The notes under the pieces are model-generated. The model was not told where the DNA came from and did not search any database. It saw only the letters and a list, made by a program, of their open reading frames with translations. Positions 17,117-24,966 of a stretch of 24,966 nt of DNA are shown here, in pieces; position 1 is the first letter of the stretch, and each line of letters opens with the position of its first letter. The stretch is from Paramicrosporidium saccamoebae KSL3 (taxonomy: Eukaryota; Fungi; Cryptomycota): assembly GCA_002794465.1 (NCBI GenBank), contig MTSL01000054.1:1-24966 (forward strand). Direction: 5' to 3'. Both the position numbers and the translations under genes were made by a program.

Positions 17117-20100
17117 TTATGGTCTCACAAAGATGGGAGGACGAGAAAGCGTTTCGTACATTACAGTTTCAGAATGGTTTGACGACCTCAGTGAAACGGT
17201 GGGAAGCCGCAAATTCCCAGGCCTTAGCGGTACAATGGAGCCAATCAGTTCTACAACACTCAAGGGCATGATCTGATGCCTCGACTGCTTTGCCCCCATA
17301 TACACATAGTCATCACCAGCATCCACTTTTAGCACCACATCATGCAGGGCGTCACTCATGTTCCAGATTCGCCAGACAAGCTGCCCGGCCCGACCAAGAC
17401 GATAAGCAGAAGAGGGGTCCGGAACAATGAATAACGATCTTGAAGAGAGGGAGACTTGGGGGAGCTCGTGACGGTATGTGAGTTGGCGGGCCGAGTCTTG
17501 GTGAGACCAGGTGAGGGAGAATTCGGGCTGCAACATTTCGTCATCAAGCGACACTGTGGGTGGGGCGGCCAGCTCAAACAAAAACCGATATGACTCGTCT
17601 TCTTTAAGGGTAATTGGCACTCCATCTTGTGGCCATAGGCACTGGAACGTGACATTGTGCGCACTCAGACCTTGAGACGCGGCATTGTGTCCATTCAGGC
17701 CTTGAAACACGACCTTATTGCGTTCGCTTAGCCCTTGAAACACGACGTCATTGTGTTCACTCGGGCCTTGAAACGGGACATTATTACGCTCACTCAGGCC
17801 TACCCTCCAAGCGTGCAATGTGAGGGGAGAGGGGAGATTCCCTTTCACTGATATGTAGGCGAGATACCTGACCAAATCAAGTCTTTTCCCAGCCTGAGCA
17901 CTATCTAGAGCGCTCTGCGTTGGCATTGGAGCCAGTTCTACAATCGCCTCAAATGGATGCACCACTGGGACGGGCAGATCAATTGCCTGCGCCACGCCTT
18001 CTAAAGAGAACAATCCTGCTATAGTGGCAGTCTCACTAAAAGTTGAATGACAGTCAACTCGCAGCGCAAACGCATCGGCAATGTCCCGCGAAACATAGAT
18101 TGTAGATAGGGTAACAGTGTTTGGGACGCACTCTACTGACAGGACGTACTCTGAAAGACGAGAATCGCCTTCTGCATGGATGAGAACATTGTGAATATTG
18201 CCAGAGAAACGAAGGGTACAGGTGACGGGATAAGGGTGCTGGTTGTCAAGACTTATTTCCAAGGGACAAATCTCCCCAACAATCATAGACATTGTCTGCC
18301 AGATCGTGCAGTTAATAGTAGGACGGATGGGCGTGATCATTGAAGACAACGAATACTCGGTAAATGATTCCAACTTTTTCACAAAAGCCCAATTGGTCGT
18401 GACATTGCTCCAAGAGGCCTCGGCTGTCGAATCATTCAAGGAGAGGGAAGATGCAGGGAAAAAGAGTCGAATGGGAAGATCGATCAGATCTACTGTTGCA
18501 GATTCAATGGAAAGCGGTCCGTAGATTACTGGAGTAAGGTTTCCCTCAAGTTCAGATATCGTGCCCGGTAACACATCGTCGTTGCCCAACGACACCACCA
18601 AGTCGGGTATTGAATAATTTGTAAACCTCACAGTAATTGCTGATGGGGATAGGACCAGAGGCGACATGTTGCAGAGCATCATCCTTACCTTGACATTGCC
18701 ACCCACCACACTGGTTCCCCCCTCAAATCTCGCTGCCAGTTTGATAAAGGATGTTGCAGCCATTGACATGTCAATGACAGAACTCTCCACTCCAATTTTA
18801 TGGACCAAGTCAACAAGACAGTTGTCAAAATCATCCATGACACGTTCCGGATAAAGTGTTGAGTATTCCCAGTAGCATTCCAACTCTGTCTTGGGGTCGT
18901 TGAGATGGTTTTTGCAGATATTAAGCAATTCTAACAAAATATCCCCCAGAATCACTCTCCAGCCTTCGCCTCGGAATGTCTTTCGCAGCTTACTCAACGT
19001 TTGAAATGCTTGCTCGTAATTTTGTAGCAGCATGTATTGAGATGCAATTAGTCGACCGACCATCATGGTCATGCGGTTGAATCCAGATTGCCGATAATCG
19101 TCATATGAAGCAATCAGCAACTCCAAGATCCCTTCAACGTACTGGAAATCCAGAGGGATATCCGAAAGTTTCTCTAAAACCATTGCATTCTTGGCTGCCA
19201 AGTAGCTGTAATACCCGGCGTGATGATGTCCCTTGATTTTGTTAGCCGACCTCAACAGCTTACCAACAGCGTCGTAAATCTTGCATTTCCAGCGACAGAA
19301 CTCTAACTCTGACTGATGAGAGGCGGCAAACCAGTTAATATGGCCTGAAATGTACTCCTCCACACTGTCTCCTCTTGCTATCAATAGCCATGCCAGACGA
19401 AAGGCAATCGCATCACAAGTCCAACGAACACTGCGCAAATACACGGCACATTCTTCCGACCCGACAAGCTTTTGATAATGATCCACAGCATAGCTGTATG
19501 CAGTATTTAAACTTTTTAGTGCGGCAGTATAATCTTTCATGAACAGTTCCATATAGGCAATTTTGAAAAATGTGCGAAGCATTCCAAAAACCGGATCATC
19601 GACTTTGGCGCTCAATCCCTTCCGGAGTTTCTTAATTTCTTCCTTGTAGAAGCGATCCGTGTTGCTTGAAACAATAAGCTGCAGTTGTGCAATGTGAGAG
19701 TCATTTTCCAATACAATCACAGAATTAGAGGAAACTTGTGAGACCCTTATGATGACATCCCTTTGGTCGCTCCTATGACACACGACAACAAGTCTATCTT
19801 GTTGACTACATTCCTCTGATATTCGGCGCAGCGCAGCTTCTATATCGACATCGATTGCTGACTGTGTCCAAAATACAACAAGCATCGCGGGCTGCGAAAA
19901 CAAATACTGGCGCAACCATTCCGCTGACAAGACGACCTGACTAGTGCCGGAACTACTCAAAGTCCCCATACTCCCTGATTGGTAATCATATATCGTGTTA
20001 GTCTCAGCCAACCGGTTCTTGGTAGCCTCCACAAGTTTGTTGGGCTCGCCAAGAAGAGTTACAGCAACTACAGGTTTTATCTCTGCAAATATTTCAGGCT

Positions 20101-20119
20101 CATAAGTTTCAAACTCCAT
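17117..20119 (-). CDS. TRAPPC11: TRAPP complex subunit 11 (Foie gras/Gryzun-like), 1000 aa
   Basis: Start at ATG 20119 (MEFETYEPEIFAEIKPVVAVTLLG) resembles the TRAPPC11 N-terminus. Helical region RTFFKIAYMELF...ALKSL..AY and YRQSGFNRM...A.QY...FRGEGW; beta-rich C-terminus ending IVPLRPGNLRLPTV. The track's extension to 20365 overlaps ORC2. Confidence 0.82.
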   Translation of the reverse strand: MEFETYEPEIFAEIKPVVAVTLLGEPNKLVEATKNRLAETNTIYDYQSGSMGTLSSSGTSQVVLSAEWLRQYLFSQPAMLVVFWTQSAIDVDIEAALRRISEECSQQDRLVVVCHRSDQRDVIIRVSQVSSNSVIVLENDSHIAQLQLIVSSNTDRFYKEEIKKLRKGLSAKVDDPVFGMLRTFFKIAYMELFMKDYTAALKSLNTAYSYAVDHYQKLVGSEECAVYLRSVRWTCDAIAFRLAWLLIARGDSVEEYISGHINWFAASHQSELEFCRWKCKIYDAVGKLLRSANKIKGHHHAGYYSYLAAKNAMVLEKLSDIPLDFQYVEGILELLIASYDDYRQSGFNRMTMMVGRLIASQYMLLQNYEQAFQTLSKLRKTFRGEGWRVILGDILLELLNICKNHLNDPKTELECYWEYSTLYPERVMDDFDNCLVDLVHKIGVESSVIDMSMAATSFIKLAARFEGGTSVVGGNVKVRMMLCNMSPLVLSPSAITVRFTNYSIPDLVVSLGNDDVLPGTISELEGNLTPVIYGPLSIESATVDLIDLPIRLFFPASSLSLNDSTAEASWSNVTTNWAFVKKLESFTEYSLSSMITPIRPTINCTIWQTMSMIVGEICPLEISLDNQHPYPVTCTLRFSGNIHNVLIHAEGDSRLSEYVLSVECVPNTVTLSTIYVSRDIADAFALRVDCHSTFSETATIAGLFSLEGVAQAIDLPVPVVHPFEAIVELAPMPTQSALDSAQAGKRLDLVRYLAYISVKGNLPSPLTLHAWRVGLSERNNVPFQGPSEHNDVVFQGLSERNKVVFQGLNGHNAASQGLSAHNVTFQCLWPQDGVPITLKEDESYRFLFELAAPPTVSLDDEMLQPEFSLTWSHQDSARQLTYRHELPQVSLSSRSLFIVPDPSSAYRLGRAGQLVWRIWNMSDALHDVVLKVDAGDDYVYMGAKQSRHQIMPLSVVELIGSIVPLRPGNLRLPTVSLRSSNHSETVMYETLSRPPIFVRP
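17642..17800 (-). repeat. In-frame 33/30-bp tandem repeat (5 copies) inside TRAPPC11
   Basis: Plus-strand units 17768-17800, 17735-17767, 17702-17734 (33 nt) and 17672-17701, 17642-17671 (30 nt) encode GLSERNNVPFQ/GPSEHNDVVFQ/GLSERNKVVFQ/GLNGHNAASQ/GLSAHNVTFQ. Confidence 0.95.
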
Positions 20120-20138
20120 CCGAGATAGTGTATCTACA

Positions 20139-20146
20139 GACCAGGG
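20139..20146 (-). promoter_or_regulatory. Candidate promoter motif CCCTGGTC (also 23438-23445 on -, 15838-15845 on +)
   Basis: Exact 8-mer on the sense strand upstream of TRAPPC11, EGD1 and MRPS17, each inside a bidirectional spacer of 85 bp or less. Confidence 0.45.
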
Positions 20147-20199
20147 AGACCCATTAAGGGTCTTCTTACCGCATACTGACAATTTACTTTTTCGTTTCC

Positions 20200-21273
20200 A
20201 TGCGTCTGGAGGCTTCTCGATTCTTGGCCGAGAGCTATTTTGAATTCCAGAGCGACAATGCTGTAAATAATGTGGGCACTTCCAAAAAATTATTCTCCAA
20301 GCACGCCAGCAAACCCTCGGCAACAAGCTTGGCAGCATACCTAGCCAAACGACCATCAACAGCAATGGATGATAGTATTGAAAAGTTGAATGAATGGGTT
20401 AAGCAAAACTTGTTTCCGCAATGGCACATGCAATTGCTAGGAGGATACAATTTGGCACTATTGGGATATGGTTCAAAGAAACTGTTGTTGCACGATTTTA
20501 CAGAAACGTTTCTTGGCGATCGACATGTATTCCGACTGGAAGCGTACAGTAAAAACGCCTCATATCTGTCCCTTTTGCATTATATTGCCGAGAACCTATT
20601 GAAGATGGAAAGAGTGAGCCGGAGACTTGATGAGCTGACAGACCAGATTTGCGATTCGCTGTCTTCAAGTATCGTCCTTGTGATTGAGATGGCGGACGCG
20701 CCATGCATGCGGAGCGTTGAGGTTTGGAGCTCTTTGGCGAGACTGGCTTCTCTGCCAAGCGTTCAGTTGATTCTGACAGTGGAGCATGTTAATGCAATGT
20801 TGCTGAACACTGAGGACATTTGGTCCAGTCTTCACTTGGCATGGCATGATGCCACCACTATGGTGCCGTATTCGGAAGAGCTACTATGTACTATGAACAG
20901 TCGGAAGGGATCAACTGACGGAGAATCAAAATGGAAGGGGGCACAATTTGTACTCACTTCACTGACTAATACAGCCCGAAACGTATTCAAAGTATTGGCT
21001 GAACATCAACTGGCACAGTCTAATCGACCAGCGGCTGACTCGGATGATGAGGAAGTCGATCAAAGAGGGATGGGAGTGGTGACGTGGTTCCAGAATTGTC
21101 AGGAACGGTTCCTCGTGAGCAACGAACTTGCGTTCCGGACGCAACTTACCGAGTTTGTCGATCACGAGCTGATCCGATCCGTCGATGACTCTGGACAAAA
21201 TGGCACCGAATTTTACATTCCCTTTGAACGATTGCAGATCGAGGAGCTCCTGGAAATTTGCAAAGCCTCATAG
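20200..21273 (+). CDS. ORC2: Origin recognition complex subunit 2 (short form), 357 aa
   Basis: LFPQWHMQLLGGYNLALLGYGSKKLLL; WHDATTMVPYSEE; VLTSLTNTARNVFKVLAEHQL; ERFLVSNELAFRTQLTEFVDHELI. Confidence 0.95.
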   Translation: MRLEASRFLAESYFEFQSDNAVNNVGTSKKLFSKHASKPSATSLAAYLAKRPSTAMDDSIEKLNEWVKQNLFPQWHMQLLGGYNLALLGYGSKKLLLHDFTETFLGDRHVFRLEAYSKNASYLSLLHYIAENLLKMERVSRRLDELTDQICDSLSSSIVLVIEMADAPCMRSVEVWSSLARLASLPSVQLILTVEHVNAMLLNTEDIWSSLHLAWHDATTMVPYSEELLCTMNSRKGSTDGESKWKGAQFVLTSLTNTARNVFKVLAEHQLAQSNRPAADSDDEEVDQRGMGVVTWFQNCQERFLVSNELAFRTQLTEFVDHELIRSVDDSGQNGTEFYIPFERLQIEELLEICKAS

Positions 21274-21312
21274 CTTTTCATTGGGATATTTTGTTTTATA
21301 AATTAATTTCAT

Positions 21313-22782
21313 ATGTCCACTCTGACAGTGACTGTTACCGCACTAGATGGAAGGGCAAAGACGACTATCACTATTCCTGGAACCTGTCTACTTAAAAATA
21401 TTGTACAGAATGCATGCATAAATTTGAAGCTTGCGGCTACTGCCGATTCTCCCGAAATTGACAGATACGGTCTTTGCCATGGACGTGCTACGTTAGACTT
21501 GTCATCTTCTGTACGGCTCTCAGGTTTGCCACCTGGTGCCAAGTTGACGCTTGTACAAGTTTCCACCCGCGAGAGCAACGTTCTTGTGGCTCTACAGCAC
21601 ACTGTTCGTGTGACGGGCACGTTTCCATGCTCCACCAGTCTCTGGTCCATTTTGGCCCATTTTAACGTCGGGTTGACCGCAGCAAATGGGATAGTGATGG
21701 CCCCACGACTTGTGATCCTGGGACAGGAATATGGGGGGTTGGAAAAACTGGCAAAAGTCACATTGAGGAGCATTGGAGTTACGGGAAGCTGTCTGATGAG
21801 GGTCATATACAAGCCGGCTGAGGTACAATCTCTACAGGAAGCCGAAGCGATACTATCAAAAGTACTTGGAGCCAACACTGTTGAACGCTTTGTGATAGGC
21901 GCCGTTGAGCCCTCTGTAGCAGGTGCTGTCGAAAACTCTGTAGTAGGCACTGTTGAGCCCTCTGTAATAGGCGAAGCTAAACCGCCTGTGACCAACGTGT
22001 TTATCGAGCCCAGCCCACAAGTCGTGTCAACTAATGTCAGCCCACATTTCGTGCCCGCTGAAGAGTCGCCTCATTTAAATAGAAAGTTTGCTCTCTTTAC
22101 CCCACCAAATACTGCCGTGCTGGTGCAGGCACCAGATCTTCCCGACAGCCATTACGAGTTAGGTGAGACTGAATTCCGACTTCACTTGGCCGTTACTCAC
22201 GCTCGTACTCAGGCGCTCGTTGATGCACCACTCGTTTCCCGTGCAAAATTGATGGAAAAGAGACAGGCTGAATTATTGAGCCGGTATCCTGTTGCCCGGA
22301 TCCGATTCAGGATGCCGGACCAGCATCAGCTAGAAGCAGAATTCAAGTCTACAGAACCCGCTAGTCAACTTTATGCCTTTGTTAGGTGGGCCGTAAAGAC
22401 CTCGGAAGAGTTTGTGTTATCGGTCGGACCTCCGCCGAAACCCATTAAAAATGACTCTATTCCCATCTGGCAACTGGACTTGGTACCGGCAGCAATCGTC
22501 AACGTTGCATTTCCGCATGGAAAGGTGGCAGATGTATTTACTGATGCAGTACTCTCTACAAGCCGGCCAATTCCCCAATCAAGTCCTGGTGCCACCCTGC
22601 CAGGATCTTCCACAAACCAACCAATTCTTGATTCTACTTTAACTCTTGGCTCTACCCCAACATTTGGCTCTGCTCCAACTCTTGGATCTACTCCAACTTC
22701 TGGCTCTACTTTACCAAGATCGTCTACAAACCAATCGACTCTCGGTTCCTCTACAAAAAAGCCCAGTTGGCTACGTCTATAA
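21313..22782 (+). CDS. ASPSCR1: ASPL/TUG (Ubx4-like) Cdc48/p97 adaptor, 489 aa
   Basis: N-terminal TUG-UBL (LDLSSSVRLSGLPPGAKLTLV), UBX domain (YPVARIRFRMPDQHQLEAEF...LYAFVR...LDLVPAAIV), C-terminal KKPSWLRL. Confidence 0.88.
   Translation: MSTLTVTVTALDGRAKTTITIPGTCLLKNIVQNACINLKLAATADSPEIDRYGLCHGRATLDLSSSVRLSGLPPGAKLTLVQVSTRESNVLVALQHTVRVTGTFPCSTSLWSILAHFNVGLTAANGIVMAPRLVILGQEYGGLEKLAKVTLRSIGVTGSCLMRVIYKPAEVQSLQEAEAILSKVLGANTVERFVIGAVEPSVAGAVENSVVGTVEPSVIGEAKPPVTNVFIEPSPQVVSTNVSPHFVPAEESPHLNRKFALFTPPNTAVLVQAPDLPDSHYELGETEFRLHLAVTHARTQALVDAPLVSRAKLMEKRQAELLSRYPVARIRFRMPDQHQLEAEFKSTEPASQLYAFVRWAVKTSEEFVLSVGPPPKPIKNDSIPIWQLDLVPAAIVNVAFPHGKVADVFTDAVLSTSRPIPQSSPGATLPGSSTNQPILDSTLTLGSTPTFGSAPTLGSTPTSGSTLPRSSTNQSTLGSSTKKPSWLRL
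21877..21972 (+). repeat. In-frame 24-bp repeat x4 in ASPL linker
   Basis: TVERFVIG/AVEPSVAG/AVENSVVG/TVEPSVIG, e.g. gccgttgagccctctgtagcaggt and actgttgagccctctgtaataggc. Confidence 0.9.
22633..22722 (+). repeat. In-frame 18-bp repeat x5 in ASPL C-terminal tail
   Basis: STLTLG/STPTFG/SAPTLG/STPTSG/STLPRS, with a tcta.../tctg... period of 18 nt. Confidence 0.88.
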
Positions 22783-22890
22783 TTGCGAATTAATGTTACT
22801 TTGTTATGGTTGCGAGTTAATACTACTTTGTTATATGGTGGCGAGTTGATGCTACGTTACTTTGCTATAGTTGCGAATTAATGCTACTTT
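22783..22890. repeat. 27-32-bp minisatellite, about 4 copies, between converging ASPL and NAC-beta 3' ends
   Basis: Units at 22783 (27), 22810 (29), 22839 (32) and 22871 (partial); core TTGCGA(A/G)TTAATG(C/T)TACTTTG. Confidence 0.9.
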
Positions 22891-22925
22891 ATTGGACTTG
22901 TAAACAATATGGATCCATGTTATAA

Positions 22926-23420
22926 TTAGTTGGCGTTAATTTCCGCAGTCTCAAAGTTCTTGATGAGGTCAGGAATGTCCTCACCGTCCTCGCCTCCCTT
23001 GGTAGCAGCCATCTTGGCCAGCTCCTCCAACGACATGCCTGCAGCCGCCGCTTGTTGCTGGTAGACCTGTGCCATCTTCTGCAAGTTCATAATAGCATTG
23101 GGGCCCAACTGGCTCAGAATGCCCGGAGCCAACTCGGTCAGCTCCTTATCCTGACAATGTCCGCCAATGACAAAAGTATTTGCTGCCACTGCTGCCTGTA
23201 CCTTGGGGTTGACGAAATGCAGTACGTGTCCGTCCGCACGGAACATGTTCACCTCCTCAATCGCCGGGATGGGCTGCGCATTCAGCTTCTTCAGCGCACC
23301 AACCATCTTTTGCGAATCACCCGCAGCGCTCTTGGAAACCTTTTTCATTTTGCGGCGGGGAGTGCCCTTACCACCAATACGCACCTGTTCCTGGAGCTTG
23401 GCTAGTTTGTCTGCGTTCAT
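22926..23420 (-). CDS. EGD1: Nascent polypeptide-associated complex beta subunit (BTF3/Egd1), 164 aa
   Basis: MNADKLAKLQEQVRIGGKGTPRRK...IEEVNMF..DG.VLHF.NPKVQAAVAANTF...ELTELAPGILSQLGP...EDIPDLIKNFE. Confidence 0.97.
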   Translation of the reverse strand: MNADKLAKLQEQVRIGGKGTPRRKMKKVSKSAAGDSQKMVGALKKLNAQPIPAIEEVNMFRADGHVLHFVNPKVQAAVAANTFVIGGHCQDKELTELAPGILSQLGPNAIMNLQKMAQVYQQQAAAAGMSLEELAKMAATKGGEDGEDIPDLIKNFETAEINAN

Positions 23421-23456
23421 AGGGAGGAAAATTTTCGGACCAGGGTTCCCGTGGGT

Positions 23457-24611
23457 ATGAAGAGGAGTTTTTGGAAAATGCAGGTGCAATGGAAGAGTTA
23501 TGCATCACATGGAAAGAACAGCGGCGCGCTAGTCCAAAGGGGAAAGACAAAGGCAATGCCGGATGAGATGGCAAAGCGTCTGGGGAGTTATCAGACGTAT
23601 AATGAGGCCCAACACGGCCCACTGTACTGCATGGATTCAGTGAGCACAGAGATTACTAAAGTGCTGCATCCGCAAAAAGATCATACAAACGTAGACTTGA
23701 AAAAAAAAATCAGAAACTCATTCGGTGAGCTGATTTGGTCAAATCTGGGCATTCCAGGCGCCCCGGCGGATGTGACAGAGATTCCTATTTACCACATGTA
23801 CCAATATGGCTTTCGAAGACGGGTGGCACTTGATCAAAAATTTCTCCCTTTTTGGCTGCAATTATATAGGGATCGGTCAAATATGGAGCTGCCGCTCGAT
23901 AAAGTTTCTCAAATTGTTGACAATCTACGCCCGTCCTCGACAACCGGATGGACACACGCCAAGCGGGTGATGCATCCCACTTGGACAGCACTCAGAGAAC
24001 AATTAAAGATTGTTGATCGTCTCGGTGCGCTGGGGCAGCACTTCAACGATACTGTTGTTGATCTAAATCGCAGCGACAGTCCTATTACCCGTTTTGTTGC
24101 ACTGGATATCGAGGCTTACGAGCACTCTCCTCGTAAACTCACTGAATTTGGGATCAGCACTTATGACTGTGTGACACGAAAGTCTGAAAACTTCCACATT
24201 ATTATCACGGAGCACGTCAAGTTGCGAAACAAGAGATTTATGCATGATGCCAAGGATCACTTTGCCTTTGGGAAAAGTCTGTACATGAACACGGCAGAGG
24301 CCATGGCATTCTTTGCTACCAAACTTCACGAACCAGGAACCGCTCTGGTTGGACATTCTCTTAAATGTGATTTAAAGTTTATTGAACGTTCCAAAGTAGC
24401 CGGCGAGCGAATTTCCGTACGAGCTATTGAAAAGCTGCCAATGTACGATCTTCAATATCTATTTCGGTGCTCACGATGTTCCGAGATGCACTCCAAACTG
24501 GACGTGATTGTGGCGAGATTGGGGATTGCCAATGAAGTGATGCACAACGCCGGCAATGATGCCGCTCTCACCATGTCTGCTTTTCTAAAACTGATGGGCC
24601 TGAATAAGTGA
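23457..24611 (+). CDS. Gfd2/YDR514C/QIP-like DEDDh 3'-5' exonuclease-fold protein, about 384 aa
   Basis: RFVALDIEAYE...LTEFGIS, HFAFGKS, LVGHSLKCDL, YDLQYLF, MHNAGNDAALT: all D-E-D-H-D positions present. First ATG is at 23457; the track uses GTG 23451. Confidence 0.85.
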   Translation: MKRSFWKMQVQWKSYASHGKNSGALVQRGKTKAMPDEMAKRLGSYQTYNEAQHGPLYCMDSVSTEITKVLHPQKDHTNVDLKKKIRNSFGELIWSNLGIPGAPADVTEIPIYHMYQYGFRRRVALDQKFLPFWLQLYRDRSNMELPLDKVSQIVDNLRPSSTTGWTHAKRVMHPTWTALREQLKIVDRLGALGQHFNDTVVDLNRSDSPITRFVALDIEAYEHSPRKLTEFGISTYDCVTRKSENFHIIITEHVKLRNKRFMHDAKDHFAFGKSLYMNTAEAMAFFATKLHEPGTALVGHSLKCDLKFIERSKVAGERISVRAIEKLPMYDLQYLFRCSRCSEMHSKLDVIVARLGIANEVMHNAGNDAALTMSAFLKLMGLNK

Positions 24612-24966
24612 GCATCCAAAGCTGCTTACCCCTTAAAGCTTGAGTAGAGTCTCGAAAATCGACCGGCAACTCCTTCGTGGGGTTTCAACGGTTAATCCTT
24701 ACGATTCTCTGAAAACAAGACTCAAACTGCCTCAGTGAATGAGTCTAATACTAAAGATCCAAACTGCCTCGATGAGTGATAATAATATGGAAGAGTCAAA
24801 CATACAGGCTATACTGTTTGACGATGATAAGCCCTAATTCAACAACGCGGTCTTGATGCCAAAGAGGATTGAATTATAGTCATTTCATATAATTGTGACG
24901 TAGAAGACTGATTAGTATGTCTTTCGGAAATAGTTCTCTAGTTTGGAGAAGGGATAATCAAAAAAA

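Noticed and set aside
20120-20365. 82-aa N-terminal extension of TRAPPC11 from the track
   Set aside because: Non-ATG start that overlaps the ORC2 CDS; homology-like sequence begins at ATG 20119.
24900-24966. Possible 3' end of a minus-strand gene (...FDYPFSKLENYFRKTY*)
   Set aside because: Too short to identify at the window edge.
1-24966. Transposon, integrase or reverse-transcriptase sequence
   Set aside because: No such ORF, terminal repeats or target-site duplications were recognised.

Overview
Eukaryotic, very gene-dense window from a compact fungal-like genome. An early-diverging lineage such as Rozellomycota/Cryptomycota (Paramicrosporidium-like) is an inference from gene set, compaction and intron size; no database search was run. 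I support 19 protein-coding genes: an ING-family PHD protein (3'-partial, absent from the ORF track), UBR7, a tandem trio of divergent signal-peptide-bearing orphan paralogues (545-621 aa), an unknown membrane protein, two tandem glutaredoxins, SEC10, a hidden 4-exon SERP1/RAMP4 micro-gene, DPH5, RRP45, cyclophilin H, mitochondrial uS17, BAP31, TRAPPC11, ORC2, ASPL/UBX4, NAC-beta and a Gfd2/QIP-like DEDDh nuclease. There are two RNA genes: an RNase MRP RNA (about 2010-2240, recognisable by its P4 pseudoknot) and tRNA-Gln(CTG). Thirteen inferred introns are all 28-39 nt and all read GTA...TAG. Most divergent gene pairs share spacers of only 17-85 bp, several with recurring motifs. Short tandem duplications occur in 3' flanks and in-frame inside TRAPPC11 and ASPL. 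No CRISPR array or mobile element was found. The most novel-looking element is the secreted orphan trio.
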